DNA of 64,000 nt from Bacteroidales bacterium UBA5349 (GTDB lineage: Bacteria; Bacteroidota; Bacteroidia; Bacteroidales; Tenuifilaceae), in the NCBI GenBank assembly GCA_002410065.1, contig DHQB01000009.1:229195-293194 (forward strand), read 5' to 3'. The translations under genes were made by a program, and so were the position numbers. Below the pieces are notes generated by a model that was given only the letters and a program-made list of their open reading frames with translations, had not been told where the DNA came from and did no database searches. Below are positions 8,116-17,147 of the stretch, one piece after another. Within the stretch, counting starts at the first letter, position 1. The number at the start of each line of letters is the position of its first letter.

Positions 8116-10101
8116 TTATACACTAATTTTTGTTTCAAAGCTAAACCCATTGCCTAGTTCACTATACATGGAATATGTAGCGCCTAATGTTTTTAGCCTG
8201 TTTGATATGTTAAGCAATCCTATACCCGTTTCACCGCTGTTCATTTTAGACTCAAGACTAAAACCAATACCGTCATCCCTATACTTCATTTGAAACCAAT
8301 TATCGTCTCTCTGCATACTAATCCATACCGATTTGGCATTTGCGTATTTTAATGTATTGTTTATCAACTCTTTAATTATGCGATAACAAATCATTTCAAT
8401 AAACAAGGGTAACCTGATATCCCCAATATTCTCATCGAAATGGAATTCCACTAAATTTTTGCTACGCTCAATAAACGTGCTTGTTGTGTAAACCAAACCA
8501 TAGTTGTTTAGTGCATGTGGGCTAATATTATTGGAGACCTCGCGTACACTTGCGATTGCATCCTTGAGTATCGACTCAATGTTTTGAAAAATCCCATCCT
8601 TATTCTCGGTCTCGTCTCTTTTTAGTAGCGATAGATACATATTTATACTTGACAAAAGTGGGCCAACATCATCGTGGAGATTTCCTGCGAGTTTAAGTCT
8701 TTCTTTTTCCTCGGTATCAACTATAGCCTTTAATTTTTCTTGTTCAAATTGCTTATGCTCAGTAATATCGTGAATAATAACTTGTTGTATCTTTTTTTCA
8801 GTGTCATCATAGCTATTAACGCTAACTGATGTGTAGAATAGTTTATCTTTAGCAGTAGATAAAAGTTCACACTCTGTTTTAGCACTTCCATTGGCAATAG
8901 CCTCATCTATAAGTTGGGTGAACTTTTCCTCCGAGTTAGTGCCATCAATCTGTTCAAAAGGGCAAAATTCAACAATGTCTTTTCCTATCAACGAATCCTT
9001 ATTCTCTCCTAAAAATTCTATTGCACAATCGTTGGCATCAATAATTATCCTTTTAGAAACTAGCAAAATAGCATCATTGGCATTAACAAAAAGTGATCGG
9101 TATTTCTGCTCACTCTCCTTAAGTATTTGCTCCATTTCCTTGCGTGGGCCTATGTTAGAGTGTGTTCCCACTAGACGTATTGCTTTCCCGTCCTTATCTC
9201 TTTCAACTACTTTTCCTTTAGTTTGAAGCCAATTTATGGCTCCTTTCGTGTTCTTAATCCTGTACTCAATATTAATGTCAGGGGTTAAACCATTTAAGTG
9301 ATCTTCAATATTTTGGTTCACTTTAGGGAGATCAACATCATAAATAATCTTTTTCCATTCCCTAACCCCTTTGGCAAGGTTTTTTGGAGCAAAGGGTAAT
9401 ACTTCGGCATACTGATGACTTATAAAATTGTTTTTATTCAATAAATTAATATCCCAAACTACTTCACTTACAGCACTTAGCGCAAGTTTTTGACGTTCTT
9501 CACTAACAGACAACTCTCTGTTTACTCGTTCAAAGTTTTTATGAACTAATCCCAGTGTAACAAGTGCAATGGATGTTAAACTAGTATAAAAAACACCTCG
9601 TAAGAGCCAATGAGAGGTTGAATGGGAAAGGGAATTAAAATCCCAGGAAAAAACAACCCACTGGTAATGAATGCATATTATTGCAATAATTATAGCTAAT
9701 AATGAGAAGCCAAGAGATAAAAATCCATAACGTATTCCAAAAAGTGTGGTTGCAATAATTATGGTAAAAAACATCATAAAAAGACCCAATCCCCAGAGAC
9801 CCCATGTATAAAGTGAGATTAAACTCAAGAAAAATACATATAGCAACAAAAAGAAAGTCCTCCATTTATAGTTGGTACGAGAACGTGTTAAGTAGGCTAG
9901 AATAAGAATGACTGCAAATAGAATATCAACAATAAAAAGTATTCTAACCCCCATGGTGAAAATCCTATAACCTGAAGCAATTGCTGCTGGAATTGAAACT
10001 ATCATGCCAATTAGCAGCATGGTATCCATTATTTTGTAGCGAGCCGATTCAAAACTGCTATTTAGTTCCATAACCCAATTTATAAGATGCAAATTTAGCA
10101 A
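8116..10101 (-). CDS. Sensor histidine kinase (multi-TM N-terminus, PAS-like repeats, HisKA_3 + HATPase_c)
   Basis: About 190 aa of consecutive hydrophobic helices come first, followed by two PAS-like blocks. The NarX-type H-box is LAGNLHDDVGPLLSS. ATPase boxes are DDGIGF and GIGLLNISNRL. Confidence 0.85.
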   Translation of the reverse strand: MLNLHLINWVMELNSSFESARYKIMDTMLLIGMIVSIPAAIASGYRIFTMGVRILFIVDILFAVILILAYLTRSRTNYKWRTFFLLLYVFFLSLISLYTWGLWGLGLFMMFFTIIIATTLFGIRYGFLSLGFSLLAIIIAIICIHYQWVVFSWDFNSLSHSTSHWLLRGVFYTSLTSIALVTLGLVHKNFERVNRELSVSEERQKLALSAVSEVVWDINLLNKNNFISHQYAEVLPFAPKNLAKGVREWKKIIYDVDLPKVNQNIEDHLNGLTPDINIEYRIKNTKGAINWLQTKGKVVERDKDGKAIRLVGTHSNIGPRKEMEQILKESEQKYRSLFVNANDAILLVSKRIIIDANDCAIEFLGENKDSLIGKDIVEFCPFEQIDGTNSEEKFTQLIDEAIANGSAKTECELLSTAKDKLFYTSVSVNSYDDTEKKIQQVIIHDITEHKQFEQEKLKAIVDTEEKERLKLAGNLHDDVGPLLSSINMYLSLLKRDETENKDGIFQNIESILKDAIASVREVSNNISPHALNNYGLVYTTSTFIERSKNLVEFHFDENIGDIRLPLFIEMICYRIIKELINNTLKYANAKSVWISMQRDDNWFQMKYRDDGIGFSLESKMNSGETGIGLLNISNRLKTLGATYSMYSELGNGFSFETKISV

Positions 10102-10264
10102 TTATAGGGTTATATATAATTTTAGTTGCCTGAGCAATCATTAATAACCGATATAGTTGACAAAGTATCATCAAAAACTATTTGAATGCTGCAAAATAGC
10201 ATGCAGAAATACATAGAGGCTGTTACTTATTTTGCTATTTTTGCGCCCTAAAAACATCATTTCA

Positions 10265-11845
10265 ATGGTATTACACACAGAGGTAAAAAGGCGAAGAACA
10301 TTTGCAATTATTAGCCACCCCGATGCAGGTAAAACAACCCTTACTGAAAAACTACTGTTATACGGTGGGGCAATCCACGTGGCTGGCGCGGTTAAGAGCA
10401 ACAAGATAAAAAAAGGGGCTACTTCGGATTTTATGGAGATTGAGCGTCAAAGGGGGATATCGGTGGCTACCTCGGTAATGGGATTTGAGTACAAAGGCAT
10501 TAAGATTAATATATTAGATACACCCGGTCACGAAGATTTTGCAGAGGACACCTACCGTACGTTAACTGCAGTAGATAGTGTAATTATTGTTATTGATTGC
10601 GCAAAAGGCGTTGAGGGCCAAACCCGAAAGTTAATGGAGGTTTGCCGTATGCGCAACACTCCAGTAATTGTGTTTGTAAACAAACTCGACCGGGATGGTA
10701 AAGATCCATTCGACATACTTGATGAGGTTGAGGAGGAACTGGGTATAAGGGTAAAACCTTTGAGCTGGCCAATAAGCATGGGTTCCACTTTTCAGGGTGT
10801 TTACAATATGTTTGAGCAAAAACTTAACCTTTTTTCTCCTGACGATAAACAAACCGTTGAGTATGAGTCAATCGAAATATCAGATATAAATTCTGAAATG
10901 GTTGATAAAAATATAGGCGAATATGCCTCAGTGTTGCGCAACGACCTTGAGCTAGTGAACGGGGTTTACCCTGAATTTGATATTGAAACATATAGGTTGG
11001 GGCAAGTAGCTCCCGTTTTCTTTGGTAGCGCTCTAAATAATTTTGGGGTTCAGGAACTATTGAATTGCTTTATTGAAATTGCACCTCATCCTACCAATAC
11101 AGAAACGCAAACCCGTGAGGTTTCGCCTTTTGACGAGGAACTTACAGGGTTTGTATTCAAGATTCACGCCAACATGGATCCGAACCACCGCGATAGGATT
11201 GCATTTCTGAAGATTTGCTCTGGTATTTTTGAAAGGAACAAACCATACCTTCACGTTAGGAGTGGTAAAAAAATTAAATTCTCGAGCCCAACTGCATTTA
11301 TGGCCGATAAAAAGTCGATTGTTGATATGGCTTTCCCTGGTGATATTGTGGGTTTACATGATACGGGCAACTTTATAATAGGTGATACAATTACTCAAGG
11401 TGAGAATCTTAAGTTTAAGGGCATCCCAAATTTTTCTCCCGAGCTATTTAGGTATATTGAAAATGCCGATCCTATGAAATTTAAGCAGTTGGCTAAAGGA
11501 ATCGATCAGCTAATGGACGAAGGTGTGGCGCAACTTTTTACTTCGAAAATTAATGGCCGAAAAATTATTGGAACAGTTGGTGCTTTACAGTTCGATGTTA
11601 TTCAGTATAGACTTGAGCATGAGTATGGAGCGCTTTGTAAGTACGAAACTATAAACCTTTATAAAGCCTGTTGGATTCAGAGCAATAACGAAGCACAGCT
11701 AAAAGATTTTAGGCTCAGGAAATATGCTAATTTAGCCATAGATAAGAAGGGTAGAGAGGTTTTTATGGCCGATTCGCCATACGCACTACAAATGGCCCAA
11801 GAAAAGTTTACGGATATTGAATTCCATTTTAAATCAGAGAATTAA
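10265..11845 (+). CDS. prfC: Peptide chain release factor 3
   Basis: [36 protein letters not shown]. Length and N-terminus match RF3. The ATG at 10265 is preferred over the TTG at 10232. Confidence 0.92.
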   Translation: MVLHTEVKRRRTFAIISHPDAGKTTLTEKLLLYGGAIHVAGAVKSNKIKKGATSDFMEIERQRGISVATSVMGFEYKGIKINILDTPGHEDFAEDTYRTLTAVDSVIIVIDCAKGVEGQTRKLMEVCRMRNTPVIVFVNKLDRDGKDPFDILDEVEEELGIRVKPLSWPISMGSTFQGVYNMFEQKLNLFSPDDKQTVEYESIEISDINSEMVDKNIGEYASVLRNDLELVNGVYPEFDIETYRLGQVAPVFFGSALNNFGVQELLNCFIEIAPHPTNTETQTREVSPFDEELTGFVFKIHANMDPNHRDRIAFLKICSGIFERNKPYLHVRSGKKIKFSSPTAFMADKKSIVDMAFPGDIVGLHDTGNFIIGDTITQGENLKFKGIPNFSPELFRYIENADPMKFKQLAKGIDQLMDEGVAQLFTSKINGRKIIGTVGALQFDVIQYRLEHEYGALCKYETINLYKACWIQSNNEAQLKDFRLRKYANLAIDKKGREVFMADSPYALQMAQEKFTDIEFHFKSEN

Positions 11846-11989
11846 ATAAGTTTACTTTAAGCTTTAAGAGTTTGATGAATAGAAACTTCTGATTAATAGG
11901 TGTTCTAAGTTTGCAAGTAAATTTTTGCTACAACCCTTTTAGCTAATTTATTTTTGTTAACTTTATAACTATTAAAACACCCACAAAAA

Positions 11990-14500
11990 TTGCGTAAAGT
12001 ACTAGTAATAGCCTTTTTACTCCTTACTAGTTTCTCTTTGTCTCTTCAGTCGCAAGAGGAACAAAAGTTGTTATTTACCCAACTTAATGCTGCCAAACAC
12101 GATACAACAAGGGCAATCCTGCACATAAAAATTGCATCGTATTATGCTCAGGATAAACCCGATTCGTCATTTTATTGGCTCAATAAAACAAGGATACTAA
12201 AGCCATGTAATTGTTCTGCAGACTCTACTCTTACTTACTACAAAGGGTTGGCTCATAGCGAGCGGGCAAAGGTTTACATCATACAGGATTGCCATTTGCA
12301 GTGCGCATTGCAGGAGATTGATACAGCAGTAAATATTTTAACCAGTTTGCTAGAAGGTTTACCAAAACCTTGGTTAAGACAAAAAGCGCTGAAAACATTA
12401 GCCACTTCATATAGCCTTGATGGGAAGGTTAATCTTTTAAAAGGAAACCTCAAAAATTCGGTTGATTCGTATAGGCTTGCCCTAAATGCATTAGATAGTC
12501 TAGGGCACAAAGAGGGTATGGCCAAAATGAACAATAATCTTGGCGTACTCAACAGGAGATTATCGAACCATGCTCAGGCGATTGAGCATTTTCATGCAGC
12601 CCTTAACTTTTTTCAAAATAATAATGATACTGTAGCTGCAGCGGGTGTTTTAACCAATATGGGCGCTGTTAGCAACGACATAGGTGCATATGAGAAATCG
12701 TTAGAGAACTATTTTGCTGCATTAAAAATACTTGAGGAGTTTAAAGAGGAAAATTCTTTAGCTGTAACCCTCGTTAATATTGGCGGGGTACTTGTCGATT
12801 CAAAAAATATTGAACAAAGCATTCCCTACTACAATAGAGCTCTCAAGTTATTTGAGAAGCTGAATGACGAAAGGAATAAGGCGACAACTTTGCTCAGCCT
12901 TGGGGTTGCATATAAAGAGGGTGGCTTGCTGGATAGTGCTTTTCATTATTTTACTAAATCGGAATTATTATTTAAGCAGCTTAACAATCAAATGGGTAGT
13001 GCCGATGCACTGAACGAAATAGGCCAAGTGTTGCTAGCCACAAAAAATTATGCTGCTGCAAGAAGGCATTTTAATAAAGCCCTAAGCATTGCCAGCGATA
13101 TTGAGTTGCACTCAGTGGTTGCAAATGTTTATTATCAATTGGCAAAGTTGGAGTTTGAACTTAGTAAGTTAGAAAAGGCTCGTCTTTACGCATCTATGTC
13201 CATCGATAGCTCAAAGAAATACGACATGTTATTGCTTCAGAAGGATGGACACGGATTGCTTTCGTCAATTTATGAGAAAATGGGAGAGATGTCCCTTTCG
13301 CTTTATCACCATAAGCAGTTTTTTGCTCTAAACGATAGTTTATATGGTTGGCATCGTGCCCATAAATTTGCCGAAATGGAGGCTGTTTATCGGTTGGAGG
13401 AAAATGAGTTAACCATAGAAAGATTACAACAAGAGAATAAACTAAAGGATGTTTCGCTGCATAATGCAGAGCTAAAAATTCTTTGGCAAAAAGCACAAAC
13501 ATATATTATACTTGGAGTTTTACTCTTTTTAACTGTTATTATGTACCTGCTTTATAGGCAGTTCAAACTAAATCGCAAAACAACCAGCCAACTTAGGCTC
13601 CATAATTCGGAAATTCTTCAGAAAAATGAAGAAATAACGGTTCAGAAAGAAGAAATTGAAGCACAAAGGAATGTGCTTGAGCTACAACAAGAGACGCTGC
13701 GCGATAAAAGTGAACAGCTTGAGCGCTTTAATTGGCTTATTACAGAAAGCATAGATTATGCTTCAAGCATACAGCTGGCACTGTTACCCTCTAAAGAAGT
13801 TTTTGAGTCATATTTCTCAGAGCATTTCATTATGTACTTCCCTAAGGATGTGGTTAGCGGCGACTTTTACTGGGCCTATCCTAAGGGCAACACAATAACC
13901 ATTGCTCTTGGTGACTGCACTGGGCATGGCGTACCTGGCGGGTTTATGAGCATGCTAGGAATATCCGCTCTTACTGAGTTTATGGGTCGACAAATAGAGC
14001 AACCCTCTGAACTTCTTAACAATCTCAGATTACTGGTAATTGAGTCGCTCAAACAGGAAGGTATTATTGGGGAGCATCAGGAAGGAATGGACATTTCGAT
14101 AATTCAGTATACTAAAGGAGATGGGTTTGTTGAGTTTGCAGGAGCTAATCAACCTTTGTGGATTCTAAAGAAGAATAGTAAGGGAGTTTATGAATTTAAC
14201 GAGCAAAAAGGGGATAGGATGCCCGTATCATATCATCAAAGAATGAGGCCATTTAGCTCCTTTAGAATCGATGTTGATAAAGGCGATCAGCTATTCATAT
14301 TCTCTGATGGTTATAGGCATCAACTTGGTGGTTTAAATTTTAGTGAGAAATTTGGGAAGGCTCGTTTTATTAGCCTGATCACCGAAAATGCCAACAAATC
14401 TATGGATGAGCAGAAGAACATTATAGAAGATACATTCTTTCGTTGGGTCGAGGGCAATGATCAATTGGATGATATTACCATAATTGGACTAAAAATTTAA
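11990..14500 (+). CDS. TPR-repeat sensor protein with C-terminal PP2C/SpoIIE-type serine phosphatase domain
   Basis: The order is a signal-peptide-like N-terminus, ~480 aa of TPR-like repeats, one TM helix (YIILGVLLFLTVIMYLLY), a coiled coil, then PP2C motifs (VSGDFYW, GDCTGHGVPG, FSDGYRHQLGG, DDITIIGLKI). The start is TTG. Confidence 0.85.
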   Translation: MRKVLVIAFLLLTSFSLSLQSQEEQKLLFTQLNAAKHDTTRAILHIKIASYYAQDKPDSSFYWLNKTRILKPCNCSADSTLTYYKGLAHSERAKVYIIQDCHLQCALQEIDTAVNILTSLLEGLPKPWLRQKALKTLATSYSLDGKVNLLKGNLKNSVDSYRLALNALDSLGHKEGMAKMNNNLGVLNRRLSNHAQAIEHFHAALNFFQNNNDTVAAAGVLTNMGAVSNDIGAYEKSLENYFAALKILEEFKEENSLAVTLVNIGGVLVDSKNIEQSIPYYNRALKLFEKLNDERNKATTLLSLGVAYKEGGLLDSAFHYFTKSELLFKQLNNQMGSADALNEIGQVLLATKNYAAARRHFNKALSIASDIELHSVVANVYYQLAKLEFELSKLEKARLYASMSIDSSKKYDMLLLQKDGHGLLSSIYEKMGEMSLSLYHHKQFFALNDSLYGWHRAHKFAEMEAVYRLEENELTIERLQQENKLKDVSLHNAELKILWQKAQTYIILGVLLFLTVIMYLLYRQFKLNRKTTSQLRLHNSEILQKNEEITVQKEEIEAQRNVLELQQETLRDKSEQLERFNWLITESIDYASSIQLALLPSKEVFESYFSEHFIMYFPKDVVSGDFYWAYPKGNTITIALGDCTGHGVPGGFMSMLGISALTEFMGRQIEQPSELLNNLRLLVIESLKQEGIIGEHQEGMDISIIQYTKGDGFVEFAGANQPLWILKKNSKGVYEFNEQKGDRMPVSYHQRMRPFSSFRIDVDKGDQLFIFSDGYRHQLGGLNFSEKFGKARFISLITENANKSMDEQKNIIEDTFFRWVEGNDQLDDITIIGLKI

Positions 14501-14504
14501 CCCT

Positions 14505-17141
14505 TTAAACCTGAACGCCTACAACCATTACATCGTCAATTTGCTCGCTATACCCTTGCCATTTAGCAAATGATTCGTCCATAAACTCCTTTTGTTTATC
14601 CATTGACATTCTCCGGCTCTCAATCAATAACTTCCTGAAGTTATGATACATTAATTTACGATTATTGTCGCCTCCAAACTGGTCAGCATACCCATCAGAG
14701 AATAAAAAGAATCTATCATTTGGAAGATACTTTATGATTTTAAGTGTAAACCCTTGGGCTAAACTTTCTCTCTCTCGGAAACCGATTGGAATTTTATCTC
14801 CTTTAACAACTATAATCTCTTCATCACGCAGAATGTAAACAGGGTTGTATGCCCCCGAAAACTCAATCTCATTGGTTTTATCGTTAAATATGCATACAGC
14901 AATATCCATTCCATCGCGCTGTGGATTGGCCCTATTCTCGTGTACCAAAGCATTAACTAATCTCGCCTGAAGTTCATCTAGTAGCTCGTTAGCTCGAATT
15001 GCAGGGAACTGATTCCCAATTTCAGTGAGTAGGGTAGAACCAAGCATACTTAGGAAAGCACCCGGTACACCATGCCCTGTACAATCGGCTACTGCCAGAA
15101 TGGTTCTCTCATTCGTTTTGCGGAACCACCAAAAATCACCGCTTACTATGTCTCTTGGTTTATATAGCACAAACGATTGGGTAAAGTGCCGCAAAAGCAA
15201 CTCTTCGTCTGGTAAAACTGCACTTTGAATTAGGCTGGCGTATTGTATGCTATCGGTAATTTTCTTGTTTTTATCCTCAATAAGCTCCTTTTGCGTAGTA
15301 ATCTCTTCATTTTGGGCTCTGATTTCTTCGGCCAGTTCGCTCAGCTGATGGTTCTTTTCCAGAATATCCTTGTTGGCATTCTCTAGATTAACGTTCTTTT
15401 GCTCAATAACTACCTTTTGCAGAGCAAGCAAACTGTTCTTTTTTCTAGTGGTTAAAAGGCCAATAACCACTATTGTTAAAACTAGAAAACTGAGAACAAG
15501 CATCCAAATGGCTCGCTTCCGAATTTCAGTTTCCTTTTCAATTTCTAGTTGCTGTCGCTCTTTTTCTAGTTGGAGCAATTTAATCTCTTTCTGTCTTTGC
15601 TCTTCCTCTGCTTCGTTTTGCTTTATTTGATACTCTTTTATGGCATTTGACTGTTCTAAATTTTTGATTGTAGATTGTTGAAGGGTTGCTTGATGCTCTC
15701 GTTCAGTCAATTCAAGGGTTTGGTATGCTTTCTCCTTTTCAAGCTGTTGCAACTCTCCTTCACGCCTAAGAAGGACTATCTCCTGCTTGCGTTTTTCCGA
15801 CTCTAACCGAAGTTGTTTTAGCATTAACTCCTGCATTTCCTTGTCGGCGATATATAGTTTTTGCTCTTTTTCCGTCTTCTCTAAACGAGCCAGCAGATCA
15901 TCTGAACTCTTATCAGTAATACGCTGTTCAAGGGCTACAGAGTCTCTTAACTGTGAGTACTTTTCAAAATATTCTAGTGCAGCAATAGGGTCATTGCCCG
16001 CTTTTAATAGAATACTGTAGGTTTTGTAGCACTCGGCTAAAAGTGTTGGATTGCTTGATAATTTCGCCCAAATTAAAGACTCCTTACTTCGCTTTGAAGC
16101 ATTGTAAAGGTCGCCCTTTTTATAATAAACCCAGGCAAGTGTATTCAGCACCTCAGCATACTGTTCAGAAGATTCATCAGGAATTAGGAAAGCCAGTGCA
16201 TTTCTAAGGTTATCTACTGCTTTGGTATAGTTGTTTAGATTCTGATTGCAAACCCCGAGATTACTGTAAATATTGGCCATTAAACTATTTGATACGGCTT
16301 GCATTTTTGATGCTTCAATGGCCTTGGTGAAGAACGTCTGGGCTTCAATAAGATCATTATTCATAAAGTGCAGGTAACCAATATTGTTAAGCATTAGCAT
16401 TTGACCTAATGAATCGCCTTCATTCTGCATTATTTCATGCAGTTTCTTCGAATACGTAAGGGCATTCCCAAATTCTTTGATTTCTTTACTGATAGTTAAA
16501 AGCTGATACAAAACTCTAACTATCTGTGTGTTATCAACATTTAGTTCATCTGATCTCTCAAGAAGCGTTTTGAAAGCCCACTGCGATTGGTTGTAGTTGG
16601 ATGAATTATATGAGGATAGTCCAATATTTTCAAGTAAATATGTTTGAGACGAGATATTGTTGAGTTGCTCATTTCCTTCGTATGCCAAACGATAGTATTC
16701 TGATGCTTTGGTGAATACTCCTTTTGAAAAGTAGGTATCTGCCAATTCGGTTTGGATGCTTGGAATCACAGCATTTAAACTGTTCTTTTCGGCGAGGGCA
16801 ATGGCTTTTAAACTGCTAGTAATTATATTATCTAAGTCGTTTTGCTGAGAGTAAAGCTTAGCCTGCAGTCTATAGCATTCAATCAGGGTCTCAGAACAAG
16901 AATCTTTTGTTGCTGTATTTATTAATTCAGCTAGAGCAGTATGCATCTCATCAAGTCTTGTATTATCCATTTGCCTATTTTCAAGACTTTTGAGTTGAGC
17001 CTTTACCTCACTGCAGCTAGCAACTGGATTAGATTCGTTTTGAGACAATGAATAGAAGGATAGAAATAACAGGTGACACAAAAGTAAAATTGCAGGAATT
17101 TTACATTTATAAAATATTGATATGTTGATATTTATGTACAT
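14505..17141 (-). CDS. TPR-repeat sensor protein with C-terminal PP2C/SpoIIE-type serine phosphatase domain (paralogue of 11990..14500)
   Basis: Same architecture as the other copy, with a very long E/K/Q-rich coiled coil on both sides of the TM helix (IWMLVLSFLVLTIVVIGLL). PP2C motifs: VSGDFWW, ADCTGHGVPG, FSDGYADQFGG, DDVMVVGVQV. Confidence 0.85.
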   Translation of the reverse strand: MYININISIFYKCKIPAILLLCHLLFLSFYSLSQNESNPVASCSEVKAQLKSLENRQMDNTRLDEMHTALAELINTATKDSCSETLIECYRLQAKLYSQQNDLDNIITSSLKAIALAEKNSLNAVIPSIQTELADTYFSKGVFTKASEYYRLAYEGNEQLNNISSQTYLLENIGLSSYNSSNYNQSQWAFKTLLERSDELNVDNTQIVRVLYQLLTISKEIKEFGNALTYSKKLHEIMQNEGDSLGQMLMLNNIGYLHFMNNDLIEAQTFFTKAIEASKMQAVSNSLMANIYSNLGVCNQNLNNYTKAVDNLRNALAFLIPDESSEQYAEVLNTLAWVYYKKGDLYNASKRSKESLIWAKLSSNPTLLAECYKTYSILLKAGNDPIAALEYFEKYSQLRDSVALEQRITDKSSDDLLARLEKTEKEQKLYIADKEMQELMLKQLRLESEKRKQEIVLLRREGELQQLEKEKAYQTLELTEREHQATLQQSTIKNLEQSNAIKEYQIKQNEAEEEQRQKEIKLLQLEKERQQLEIEKETEIRKRAIWMLVLSFLVLTIVVIGLLTTRKKNSLLALQKVVIEQKNVNLENANKDILEKNHQLSELAEEIRAQNEEITTQKELIEDKNKKITDSIQYASLIQSAVLPDEELLLRHFTQSFVLYKPRDIVSGDFWWFRKTNERTILAVADCTGHGVPGAFLSMLGSTLLTEIGNQFPAIRANELLDELQARLVNALVHENRANPQRDGMDIAVCIFNDKTNEIEFSGAYNPVYILRDEEIIVVKGDKIPIGFRERESLAQGFTLKIIKYLPNDRFFLFSDGYADQFGGDNNRKLMYHNFRKLLIESRRMSMDKQKEFMDESFAKWQGYSEQIDDVMVVGVQV

Positions 17142-17147
17142 CTACCT

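Noticed and set aside
8103-8150. Longer N-terminus of the NarL-type regulator (start at 8150)
   Set aside because: The extension overlaps the kinase stop codon region and precedes the canonical MIRTIIVDD receiver start.
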